A DNA stretch of 64,000 bases from positions 1,152,001 to 1,216,000 of the forward strand of contig OZ254086.1 of the NCBI GenBank assembly GCA_965267575.1, in the 5' to 3' direction. Shown here piece after piece: positions 28,629-37,961 of this stretch; positions within the stretch are counted from its first letter, which is position 1, and every line of letters begins with the position of its first letter. The position numbers were made by a program, and so were the translations under genes. A model generated the notes under the pieces. That model saw only the letters and a list, made by a program, of their open reading frames with translations, was not told the origin of the DNA and searched no databases. Origin of the DNA: Calditrichales bacterium. Its GTDB lineage: Bacteria > Calditrichota > Calditrichia > Calditrichales > J004.

Positions 28629-28655
28629 AAAAAAGGCCGTCACGGGGACGGCCTT
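28629..28655 (-). terminator. Intrinsic terminator of the M13 peptidase gene
   Basis: AAGGCCGTC...GACGGCC hairpin followed by a T-run on the minus strand. Confidence 0.75.
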
Positions 28656-28675
28656 AAAATTATGCTCAACAACTT

Positions 28676-30697
28676 TTACCAGATTTTAACGCGCTTATCT
28701 TCGGGACGGAAATGACCGTCACCTTCATCCACATCAAAAGCGGCGTAAAACTCCGGCATATTGGCCACGATACCGTTTGTGCGGTAGCGGCTCGGTGAAT
28801 GCGGATCGGTTTTCAGACGCTGACGCAGCTCATCATCGCGGTATTTACGCGCCCAGATTTGCGCCCAGCCCATAAAAAAGCGCTGGTCTCCGGTAAAACC
28901 ATCAATGACCGGTGCTTCCTGGCCCTGCAAAGATTTCTTGTAAGCGTAGTAGGCGATTGTCAAACCGCCCAGGTCGGCAATGTTCTCGCCCAGGGTCAAT
29001 TTGCCGTTCACATGCATTGTATCAATCGGGTTATATTGGTTGTATTGCTCCACCATGATCTGCGCGCGTTCTTCAAAGCGCTCGGCATCCACGGCGGTCC
29101 ACCAGTCGATCAGGTTGCCGTTGCCGTCGGATTTGCGGCCCTGGTCGTCAAAACCATGGGTCAGCTCGTGGCCAATCACGGCACCAATGGCGCCATAGTT
29201 GACGGCATCGTCGGCTTCCATGTTAAAGAACGGCGGCTGCAGGATAGCGGCCGGGAAAACGATTTCGTTCATGCTGGGGCTGTAGTAGGCATTGACGGTT
29301 TGCGGGGTCATAAACCACTCGTCGCGGTCGATCGGCTTGCCCAGCTTGTCCACATTTTGCATGTAAGACCAGATGGAAGCGCGCTTGCTGTTGCCGACCA
29401 GGTCGCCCTCTTCAACTTCCAGGGCGGAGTAGTCTTTCCACTTGTCCGGGTAGCCGATCTTGGAATTGAACTTTTCCAGTTTTTCAAGCGCCTTTTGTTT
29501 GGTTTCGTCGGTCATCCACTCCAGGCCGTTGATACGATCGCGGAAAGAATCTTTTAAATTGGCCACAAGCACTTCCATGCGCTGCTTGGCTTCCGGCTTA
29601 AAATGGCGCTGCACGTAAACGCGTCCAACTAGTTCGCCCATGGCGCCGGCAACGGCATCAACACCACGTTTCCAGCGCGGACGCTGCTCTTGCACCCCGC
29701 TAAGCGTTCTGCGGAAGAAATCAAAATCTTCCTCGACAAAATTGTCGCTCAACAAACTGGCCGTTGCACTAAGCACAGACCACTTGAGATAGGTTTTCCA
29801 GTCTTCCACGGTGAACGAAGTGTAAATATCGTTGGCCGCTTCTATGTAGCTGGGCTGGCGCACAACGACGCTGTCCACTTCTTCCACGGGCATGGCGGCT
29901 TTGGTCAGGTAGGTTGTCCAGTTGAAATCCGGGGTCAGCTCCTGCAGCCCGGCAAAGGACATCTTATTATAGGTTTTATCACGATCGCGGTTTTCCACGC
30001 GTGTCCAGTGTTTCCCAGCCATCGCGGTTTCCATTTCCATGATGCGCTTGGCCCTGGCTTCGGCGTCATCAATGCCGGCCATTTCAAACATACGCTGCAT
30101 GTGGGCTACAAATTTTTCGCGGATCTCCACAAAACGCGGATTGTCACTGAGGTAGTAGGAGCGGTCCGGCAGGCTGAGACCGGTTTGGGTAACATAGGTG
30201 ATATACTGCTCGGAATTTTTACCATCCTGGCTGACAAACTGGGCAAACGGACCAGCCAGGCCCACTTTGCGCAATTCACCGAAATGGCCCGTCAGCTCTT
30301 CGCGCGTTGCAATCGCATCAATGGCCTCAAGCTCTGAAACGATCGGCGTAATACCCAGCTCTTCTATTTTTACCGTATCCATGAAGCTGTTGTAGTAGTC
30401 GCCGATCTTCTGATGATCGGAGCCTTTTTCCGCTTCGCGGTTGGCAGAAGCCTCTTCGATGATCTTGCGCAGGTTCACTTCCGCTTCATCGGCCAGCTTG
30501 GTAAACATGCCGTAATTGGATTTGTCGGCCGGTATATCGAATGTTTCCAGCCAGGTGCCGTTGGTGTAGGCGTAAAAGTCGTTATCGGCGGCAACCGATG
30601 TGTCCATGTGGGCGGTCTGAATACCGGAAGACATCTGTTTTTGACACGATGCCACAACCAGCAGCAGGGCCGTAAAAAGAGAGAGTCGCTTTATCAT
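28676..30697 (-). CDS. M13-family (neprilysin/PepO-like) metallopeptidase, lipoprotein
   Basis: VNAYY, GHELTHGFDDQG, GENIADLGG, DPHSP; lipobox VASC. Confidence 0.95.
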   Translation of the reverse strand: MIKRLSLFTALLLVVASCQKQMSSGIQTAHMDTSVAADNDFYAYTNGTWLETFDIPADKSNYGMFTKLADEAEVNLRKIIEEASANREAEKGSDHQKIGDYYNSFMDTVKIEELGITPIVSELEAIDAIATREELTGHFGELRKVGLAGPFAQFVSQDGKNSEQYITYVTQTGLSLPDRSYYLSDNPRFVEIREKFVAHMQRMFEMAGIDDAEARAKRIMEMETAMAGKHWTRVENRDRDKTYNKMSFAGLQELTPDFNWTTYLTKAAMPVEEVDSVVVRQPSYIEAANDIYTSFTVEDWKTYLKWSVLSATASLLSDNFVEEDFDFFRRTLSGVQEQRPRWKRGVDAVAGAMGELVGRVYVQRHFKPEAKQRMEVLVANLKDSFRDRINGLEWMTDETKQKALEKLEKFNSKIGYPDKWKDYSALEVEEGDLVGNSKRASIWSYMQNVDKLGKPIDRDEWFMTPQTVNAYYSPSMNEIVFPAAILQPPFFNMEADDAVNYGAIGAVIGHELTHGFDDQGRKSDGNGNLIDWWTAVDAERFEERAQIMVEQYNQYNPIDTMHVNGKLTLGENIADLGGLTIAYYAYKKSLQGQEAPVIDGFTGDQRFFMGWAQIWARKYRDDELRQRLKTDPHSPSRYRTNGIVANMPEFYAAFDVDEGDGHFRPEDKRVKIW

Positions 30698-30789
30698 AAA
30701 GCCTCCAGATTTATTTGAATAAGGTGTTGGCGTCTCTGAACCAAGTCAATGAAGACGGTAAAATACGGCAAAAGTTTATGGCGCCCAAC

Positions 30790-30819
30790 AAAAAAACGCC
30801 CCCGCGCAAGCGGAGGCGT
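30790..30819 (-). terminator. Intrinsic terminator after the sorting-domain remnant
   Basis: ACGCCTCCGC..GCGGGGGCGT followed by a T-run on the minus strand. Confidence 0.7.
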
Positions 30820-30843
30820 GGAAAAAATAAAGCTTTCCAGAAA

Positions 30844-31815
30844 CTATTTGATCAACAGCATACGTCCGGATTTGCGGAAGCTGCCGGCCTGCAAATGATA
30901 GATATAGACACCGCTGGCCAGACCACTGGCATTAAAAACGACTTCATAACTGCCTGCATCATAAGTCCCATTCACCAGTTCCGCTACAACCTGGCCTTTC
31001 ATATTGTAAACGGAAAGTCTTGCGTCGCCACGCTGCGGCAGGCCAAAGCGAATATGCGTAACCGGGTTAAACGGATTGGGATAATTTTGACTCAACTCGT
31101 ATTGAGGCATCATCCAGCGCGCTGTACAGGAAAGATGTGGTTATGGCCTCTTTGTCCTCGCCGCCCTGGAAGTCGGCCATAATATATCTTTCCAGAACCG
31201 TTCTTTTTTCACCTTCCACAAGATAAATATCCATGACCGGGGTTTCGGCGCCAAGAGCGGTCGTGGAATTCTTCCTGAAAACAGTCCAGTTCATTTCTAC
31301 ATCATCTGAGCCGGAAAAGCGCAACGTGGAACCGGTGTTGTCATCGTCAAACTCAACCGGTATTTCATTAACAGTTGTTGAGGACAAAACCAGCGACATG
31401 AATTCTTTTTCGCTCTCCGACACCGGAAACAGGTAATCAAAGCGCTGATTAACGGTTAAGGGCTTTTCAGAAAGACTATCGGCGGAAATACCTTTATAAA
31501 GTTGTTGCGTTTCGAAATCTGACTTTATGATATAAGGAGCAGAGCTGTATTTTGTCCAGACAGCGCAAGATACACCTCTATCCGGAGTAGTAGGATATTT
31601 GCCTGATGAGAAGTTTTTTGTGCTCCAGGAACTGCCGCTTTTCTTTTTGCGATAAATATTTGATCCACGCTGATAAAAGACATCCACTTCCGAAACATCC
31701 TCAAAGCTTCCATAAATCGAAACGACCGGGTCTCCAAACCTATGACTCTAATTCAAAGCTTAATCAGATTACGGCAAAAACAAAAAACAATTAAATTCCT
31801 TTATACGATCAGCAT
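30844..31815 (-). pseudogene. Decayed gene for a secreted sorting-domain protein (early stops, probable deletion, out-of-frame sorting domain)
   Basis: RBS GGAGG and ATG 31815 followed by a stop after 4 codons. Open frame ~31749-31067 without a signal peptide. Intact sorting domain YELSQNYPNPFNP...MLLIK in another frame (30844-31113). Confidence 0.75.
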
Positions 31816-31855
31816 ATTCCACCTCCGTTTCTTTTAACACCTATAAGGGCCGAAA

Positions 31856-33109
31856 TTATCTTGAATTATTTACAATTTGAACAATTCTTGCATTCAAAAA
31901 TTCGTGCCCAACAGTTATCACAAGGTTTTCTGCTACACTTAAGCCTCTTAAAGATGTGGATGTTTCATAAATTTTTTTCCAAGAGGCACCGTTAAAATGG
32001 AAAATCTTACCGTCAAATGTAACCGCAAAAACATTGTTGATATCAGTACCACGAATTTTTGAAATTGCAAAGATATCTTTGAGTTCAAATGAAGTAATAC
32101 TTTGATTACGATTTAATATGTGGGCGTTTTTGCCACCTATAAATACCTTTGATGAACTTTTAAACCAATGACTTACAACAAAGTCGCTAAATTTCAAAAC
32201 TTCAATTTTCTCAATCTTTAAATCATTTAAAAAGATTAACTTATGATTATCTGCAATGGGATCGGTTATACTTACAATTAATTCTCGCTCCTCATTACCC
32301 CATATGTCTCTGACGTTATAGTTTTGTGGGATTTGGACTTCATTAACTACACTACCGGCCACTTTAAGGAGAATTCCATTACCACCTACGTATATTTCGT
32401 TCTTATCAAATCCAAAAATGTCGTCAATATATTCGCTATTTCCTTCCCATAGTAGGGTCGCTACTCCACCCCTCCATCTATATATATTATAACCTGTCAG
32501 CCACACATCTTTTTTATTTGCTGCCCAAATTCCACCAACATTTGTTAACGGTACCGGTTCAGACCACCCTGCTTCATGCTTAACTTCTATATCTTCCCAT
32601 AAGCCATTGTCGTACGACAAAATTGTAAATGGCCCGATAAGATTTCCCGCACTGTCTCGTTTTGTATAATCTCCTGTTACCCAAAAACTGTCCTCATCCC
32701 AAATCAAACAGTCATTGAAGACGCCATCAAATACAAAACTGGATACTTCAAAATTTCTTTTTGTGGTGTCCATGGTGGTTACAGTCATGCGTTCGCTGCT
32801 GTCGCCGCCTTTGCGGGCCCAGGCCGTGTAGCTGTAGGTTGTGGCCGGCTCAAGTCCTGTGTCATGGATCAGGGTATCGGCGCTGTGCAGCCTGCCTTCA
32901 AAAATAATGGTCGTGTCCCGTTGCACAATGTAGGTGGCCTTGCGCTTCAGCGGGTTGCTGCTCAGGGTTATCCAGGTTTCGGTCACTTCGGCGTCCACAT
33001 CCAGAGTTAATTCCTGGTCCTTGAAAATGGACGGGCTCTCGGAACAGCCGGTTACAAGGATTAAAAACGGGATTAGAATTATGCAGGAAGGTATCAAACG
33101 GCATTTCAT
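31856..33109 (-). CDS. Lipoprotein with FN3-like N-terminal domain and AT-rich C-terminal beta-propeller
   Basis: Lipobox LVTGC; DTGLEPATTYSY; TTMDTT linker; propeller-like repeats GIWA, DIFG, DIWG, KIRG, HFNGASW. Confidence 0.8.
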   Translation of the reverse strand: MKCRLIPSCIILIPFLILVTGCSESPSIFKDQELTLDVDAEVTETWITLSSNPLKRKATYIVQRDTTIIFEGRLHSADTLIHDTGLEPATTYSYTAWARKGGDSSERMTVTTMDTTKRNFEVSSFVFDGVFNDCLIWDEDSFWVTGDYTKRDSAGNLIGPFTILSYDNGLWEDIEVKHEAGWSEPVPLTNVGGIWAANKKDVWLTGYNIYRWRGGVATLLWEGNSEYIDDIFGFDKNEIYVGGNGILLKVAGSVVNEVQIPQNYNVRDIWGNEERELIVSITDPIADNHKLIFLNDLKIEKIEVLKFSDFVVSHWFKSSSKVFIGGKNAHILNRNQSITSFELKDIFAISKIRGTDINNVFAVTFDGKIFHFNGASWKKIYETSTSLRGLSVAENLVITVGHEFLNARIVQIVNNSR

Positions 33110-33298
33110 AAACAGGGCTTTCGTGTTGTGCCGTCCATGGCGGGTTAGATGCAGGCGGGGAAGGTTTGCTCATCTACGTAAGGACAATACCTATATGCTA
33201 TCTGAAAAGCAAGCATTATTTAGGTTGTTTTTAACTGTTATTATGTTTCGTATTGTACGCAAACTATACGCCGCTATACACATCACGGAAAGTCAGGC

Positions 33299-33334
33299 AA
33301 AAAAAAACGCTCCCATCATTTTGACGGGAGCGTT
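33299..33334 (-). terminator. Intrinsic terminator of the amidase gene
   Basis: AACGCTCCCGTCA..TGATGGGAGCGTT plus a T-run on the minus strand. Confidence 0.8.
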
Positions 33335-33383
33335 GGAGTCACAAAATCTGTGTTTCCTGTTTTTGCTGCCGGAGAACGATCGC

Positions 33384-36062
33384 CTACTTCACCAGAACCA
33401 TCTTGCGCGTTTGAACAAAAGCCCCGGTCTGAAGGCGGTAGTAATAAATACCGCTGGCCAGGCCTTTGCCGTCAAAGCGGACGACGTGCGAGCCGGCTTC
33501 TTTGGGCGCGTCAATCAGTATTGCTACACGCCGGCCCAGGATGTCGAACACTTCCAGTTTTACATTGGCGGCCATGGGCAGCTCAAAGCCAATTTTTGTT
33601 GCCGGGTTAAACGGATTCGGGTAATTGGCGTGCAATTCAACGCTGCGCACGGTGGCCACAGCCGGATCATCCAGCCCGGTCACCACGTCGTATTGCCCGT
33701 CTTCCACAAAGATGTTTGATATTGCCTCACCATCAGCAGCGCGGCGCAGGGCAATGGATGTCCATACCGGGGCCCCCTGCGAGCCATCCAGGTCAAAGCG
33801 CAGCAGTTTCCAGCCGCTGAAATCGATGGCCGTTTTATATGTCAGCGTGTCTCCGCCCTGCGCGAAGGCCAGCTCCAGGTGGTTTTTGCTGTAATCACCA
33901 AAAACCCAGACACCGAATTCGGTCACCGTGCTGGTGGGAACCACAATGCCGCTGTCGTGGCCAACGAAAGCATATGCGCTGTCCTGTGTAAAGGTGGTGT
34001 AGAAACGGCCCGATGTTCCGCTCATTCTTTCCAGGCTGGAAAGGCCAAAGGTGCTAAGCGCGCTGTCGATGCCGTAGGTCTTGTCGCTCTCTTGCGGCTT
34101 TTTCCAGCCGGTCGTTGTATTAAAGTTCTCCACGATCGTTCCGGAAACGTATGTTTCCGTATCCGTCGTAAAGGTGATCTCCACCGTATCGAGCAGCGAA
34201 AGGCCGTCTTCATCCTGGATACCGGGCAGCAGGCGTGCCAGATAGGTTCTTCCCGCTTCCATGCCTGTGCGAGGTTCAAAGCGTAGCGCCGTACGGGTGC
34301 CGCGTTGTTCCAGCTTCCAGGAACGCACCACAAGCTGGTCGCCGTTCACTTCAAACATTTCGACTTTATTGACCACGCTGTTGGCATCCACGATCGCGCC
34401 GAACATAAACACCACTTCAGCCATCGTACCGATGCCGCCGGCTCCATCCGCAGGGAATGATTCCAGCACAACCACTTCGTTGAATTTGCGGGTGCGGAAC
34501 TCATAAACAAACGTGTCCGCCAAGCCTACATAAAAAGAGTTAAGCGCACTGTCGCTTAATGTGATCGTGTAATGCGTATTGGCCTGCAGCAGCGAATCCG
34601 GGTTAAACACCAGCCGGGTATCGCCGTCATACCACTGGAAATTGCCTTCAGCCTGCGGCTCGATCGTAAATGCTTTGCGCACGGCATCGCGGTTCATGGC
34701 CTGGTCGAAGACAATCTCCACGTTACGGTCGATGGGAATGCTGTCATTTTGCGCGGGCTTGGTGGAAAGCACCACGGGACGCACATGCTGCGCCGCCGTT
34801 GTAAAAGCAAAGCTAAAATCTTCGCCCAGCACCTGGCCGTTAGAGCCTTTGGCGCTGCTGTCCACGGTTACCGTGTACTGCGTGGCGGTGTTAAAGGCGC
34901 TGTCGGGCGTAAATACCATTATGCGATTGCCTTCACGCCAGCTTAAGTTGCCGGCCCGGTACGGCGCAATCGACAAGGCCTGCACCACCGACGAGGTGTT
35001 CATGCTCTGGCTGAAGGTAATCTCAAAGCTGCTGTAAGTGCCGATGTTGCCGGCCCCTTCCTGCGGATTGGTACCAAACACGCGTGGGCTTTTGTTGCCG
35101 GTTTTGGCGGGAAACAACTCTTTAAAAGCAGTGCGGTTGGCTGTAACTGTCACGGCAACGGTATCAGCCACGTATTCGCCATAATCCACAATCAGCGTGT
35201 AGTCGCCCGTATCGACGGAATCAAAGACAAAGTAGCCGTTGTTGTTAAAGTCGCCCTTAAACGTGCGCAGCAACGAATCCTCCTGGTAGAGCGAAGCGAG
35301 CACATTATTTATGGGTACAAAGCGGTCATTGGGCAGAGATGTGTTGTAGCCGTAAGATGTCAACCGCGTGTTGTCGCGGGCGATACCGGCCACGGCGCCG
35401 TAATCCAGATCGGGCAGTTCAAAATAGTCCAGCATAGCACGCAGCATGGCCACGGCTTCATGGCGCCGGTAATCATGATTTTGCAGGCGCCACGATTCAT
35501 TCACATAGTCATGGAAGGAGCCTTCGGAAAGCGTGCCGGGCATTTCCAGGTTGCGCAACACACCGAGGTTGAATCCCAGGAAAGAGTAATCGCCGCGGGT
35601 GTAAGTGGTGGTTGTATAGTTTACATGATGCAGCTCCGGCCCCATGATGTCGCACATAACTTTCGCCAGGGCAAATTCGGGCGTACCGTTTGTGCCCGGT
35701 ATTTCTTCATACAACATCAACGTATAGTTGGCATTGGCATTGGCGGCGTTGCTGTGGATGGAATGGAAAAAATCCACATTGTTCTCATTGGCGATCGCCG
35801 AGATCTGCGACAGGGGCAGATCGTCTTCGGTGCGGTTTTGCGTACGCGACATAACCACTTCGGCGCCACGCGCTTCCAGCAGGTCACGCAGGTGCAGCCC
35901 CTTGGTCAGGTTCCCTTCGGATTCCCAGAATCCCGTCGCCGGGATATAGCGGTCGTTGGAATCGTTTCCGCCGTGCCCGGGGTTGACCATGATCTTCACC
36001 CCTTCAAACTGGGCAAAAAGCGGCGCCGTAAAAAACAGTAATAATAAAAGTCCCTTTTTCAT
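33384..36062 (-). CDS. Secreted N-acetylmuramoyl-L-alanine amidase (Amidase_3) with three Ig-like domains and sorting domain
   Basis: NPGHGG, WESEGNL, SIHSNA, LSEGSFHD; ITFSQSMN and IVFDQAMN Big_5-like repeats; NYPNPFNP tail. Confidence 0.9.
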   Translation of the reverse strand: MKKGLLLLLFFTAPLFAQFEGVKIMVNPGHGGNDSNDRYIPATGFWESEGNLTKGLHLRDLLEARGAEVVMSRTQNRTEDDLPLSQISAIANENNVDFFHSIHSNAANANANYTLMLYEEIPGTNGTPEFALAKVMCDIMGPELHHVNYTTTTYTRGDYSFLGFNLGVLRNLEMPGTLSEGSFHDYVNESWRLQNHDYRRHEAVAMLRAMLDYFELPDLDYGAVAGIARDNTRLTSYGYNTSLPNDRFVPINNVLASLYQEDSLLRTFKGDFNNNGYFVFDSVDTGDYTLIVDYGEYVADTVAVTVTANRTAFKELFPAKTGNKSPRVFGTNPQEGAGNIGTYSSFEITFSQSMNTSSVVQALSIAPYRAGNLSWREGNRIMVFTPDSAFNTATQYTVTVDSSAKGSNGQVLGEDFSFAFTTAAQHVRPVVLSTKPAQNDSIPIDRNVEIVFDQAMNRDAVRKAFTIEPQAEGNFQWYDGDTRLVFNPDSLLQANTHYTITLSDSALNSFYVGLADTFVYEFRTRKFNEVVVLESFPADGAGGIGTMAEVVFMFGAIVDANSVVNKVEMFEVNGDQLVVRSWKLEQRGTRTALRFEPRTGMEAGRTYLARLLPGIQDEDGLSLLDTVEITFTTDTETYVSGTIVENFNTTTGWKKPQESDKTYGIDSALSTFGLSSLERMSGTSGRFYTTFTQDSAYAFVGHDSGIVVPTSTVTEFGVWVFGDYSKNHLELAFAQGGDTLTYKTAIDFSGWKLLRFDLDGSQGAPVWTSIALRRAADGEAISNIFVEDGQYDVVTGLDDPAVATVRSVELHANYPNPFNPATKIGFELPMAANVKLEVFDILGRRVAILIDAPKEAGSHVVRFDGKGLASGIYYYRLQTGAFVQTRKMVLVK

Positions 36063-36066
36063 ACCC

Positions 36067-36966
36067 TTACTCCTTTACAATTTCAATTTTATAAATCACC
36101 CCGGACTCCGTGCCCAAAACAATAAAATCGTTTTGCGGACTCCAGTAAGGGTAGAGTTCAATTTGATCTTCGGTTTGAGTTACGGCAATGGTTTTGGTGC
36201 CATTGGCCGCGGTGACAAATATATCTGATGCCAGAAGGCGGTGGCCGTCATCGTGGTCCTTCATATAGATGATCCAGTTGCCATCGGCCGACCAGCGCGG
36301 GGCGTTGGCGTAGCCCAGATCCACAAGAATATTGCCATCCAGATCGCTGATGTATGTGCCTTCACCGGCTTTGGTAAACAGCAGCTTTGTGCCGTCCGGT
36401 GAAACCGATGGCCAGATGTAGTGTCCTTCGCCGCGCGGTGTCAGGGCATTTTCAGCGCCGTCACGGCTCACAACGATATTGCTGTTATCGATATAGGCAA
36501 AGGCTGCGTCAGCTTCGCCGGGCTGCTCCAACACCCGCCGTGTTCCGTTTTGCAGCAGCACCATGCCGCCTTCCTGAACGGGCTGCAGACGGCCGGCTTC
36601 ACGTTCGTTTTCAAAAACCGTTTCTTTTTGCGCCGTTGCCAGATCATAGCGGTACATGCTGAAAAAGCGCCGCGGACCCTGGTATTTATATGTCCGGTAA
36701 TAAAGCGCTGAGCCGTCACCCGAAAAGGCGGCGTCATAGCCTGCGCCACGCTCTTCCGTCAGGGTGACCACTTCTCCTTCACTATTGAGATAATAGAGTC
36801 CCTTGTAATTGGGCTGCGTAAAGAAAACGCGCCCGTCCGGACTGACAAAAGGATGGCTGAAGTCGCCCTGTTCAACCGTGGTTAGCGCCTGCGGACTAGA
36901 AAAAGTAATATTTTGTGCATGCGCTAAACTCAATAAAAACAATAATCCAACTAAAATAAATCGCAT
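36067..36966 (-). CDS. TolB-like (PD40) beta-propeller exported protein
   Basis: SPDG, FSGDG, VSPDG, WSADG, WSPQ repeats; ends 4 nt before the amidase start. Confidence 0.85.
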   Translation of the reverse strand: MRFILVGLLFLLSLAHAQNITFSSPQALTTVEQGDFSHPFVSPDGRVFFTQPNYKGLYYLNSEGEVVTLTEERGAGYDAAFSGDGSALYYRTYKYQGPRRFFSMYRYDLATAQKETVFENEREAGRLQPVQEGGMVLLQNGTRRVLEQPGEADAAFAYIDNSNIVVSRDGAENALTPRGEGHYIWPSVSPDGTKLLFTKAGEGTYISDLDGNILVDLGYANAPRWSADGNWIIYMKDHDDGHRLLASDIFVTAANGTKTIAVTQTEDQIELYPYWSPQNDFIVLGTESGVIYKIEIVKE

Positions 36967-37078
36967 ATTTTTTCTCCTGCGTACTAAAAAGTGGAATAAA
37001 CCGATCACCCAAAAGTTATACGTTCCGTCTAATTTAATTGAACTTGTCTAATTTTCGTACAACTTAAGGAGATGTGTC

Positions 37079-37765
37079 ATGATTCGACGTTTTTCTTTTC
37101 TGCTCCTGCTGGGAGCTTTTGTTTTCACCGCTGCCTGCTCTGAGGATGATAATAACGATCCTGTAAGCGGTAATGATCCGATGGCCCGTGTTTTAGTTGG
37201 CCATGCTTCGCCGGATGCACCGGCTGTTGATCTGTTGGTTGACGACAATGTTGCCGGAAGCGGCCTTGCTTTCCCCAACAACACCGGCTACCTGAGTGTA
37301 GATGCCGGAACACGTAACATTAAGGTTAACGTGACCGGCACCACCACCACGGTCATTGAAGCCGACCTGACGCTGGAAGCTGATAAAGCGTACTCCGTTT
37401 TCGCAACGGACAGTGTAGCCAGCATTTCACCAATCGTGATTGAAGACGATCTGAGCACCCCGGCTTCCGGCAAAGCGCATGTTCGCTTTATCCATCTTTC
37501 GCCCAACGCTCCGGCTGTAGATATCACGCTGACAGATGGCACAGTGGTTTTTGGCAACACGGCTTTCCAGGCTTTTACGGCCTTTACGCCACTTGATGCC
37601 GGAACTTATGATCTGCAAGTGCGTGTAGCAGGAACTTCCACGGTGGTACTGAACCTGCCTGGTATCAGTTTTGCCGATGGTAAGATCTACACCGTTTTCG
37701 CCAAAGGATTTGTTGGCGGTAATGTAGAACAAGCACTGGGCGCTGAAATTATTTCAAACAACTAA
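37079..37765 (+). CDS. DUF4397-domain lipoprotein
   Basis: Lipobox TAAC; duplicated HASPDAPAVD / HLSPNAPAVD. Confidence 0.88.
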   Translation: MIRRFSFLLLLGAFVFTAACSEDDNNDPVSGNDPMARVLVGHASPDAPAVDLLVDDNVAGSGLAFPNNTGYLSVDAGTRNIKVNVTGTTTTVIEADLTLEADKAYSVFATDSVASISPIVIEDDLSTPASGKAHVRFIHLSPNAPAVDITLTDGTVVFGNTAFQAFTAFTPLDAGTYDLQVRVAGTSTVVLNLPGISFADGKIYTVFAKGFVGGNVEQALGAEIISNN

Positions 37766-37788
37766 TCCTCAAATGCCCCCCTGAGGTA

Positions 37789-37823
37789 AGCCTGTCCGTT
37801 TATTCGACGGATGGGCTTTTTTT
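37789..37823 (+). terminator. Intrinsic terminator
   Basis: AGCCTGTCCG..CGGATGGGCT followed by a T-run. Confidence 0.8.
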
Positions 37824-37877
37824 ATTAGCAGTTTGTTTAACTGCTGAACAAACATATCAAATATCGTAAATAGAAAC

Positions 37878-37908
37878 AAAAAAGCCCGATACATTTGGCG
37901 GGCTTTTT
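37878..37908. terminator. Bidirectional intrinsic terminator
   Basis: AAAAAAGCCCG..CGGGCTTTTT. Confidence 0.7.
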
Positions 37909-37961
37909 GATTTACGTGAACAGCGGCCCAAAGTGTGTCATTTTAAGGCTTGCAGAACAGC

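Noticed and set aside
32934-33719. 261-aa plus-strand ORF, and similar long antisense ORFs (18782-19609, 24905-25654, 28799-29557)
   Set aside because: They overlap well-supported genes on the opposite strand and have no recognisable motifs.
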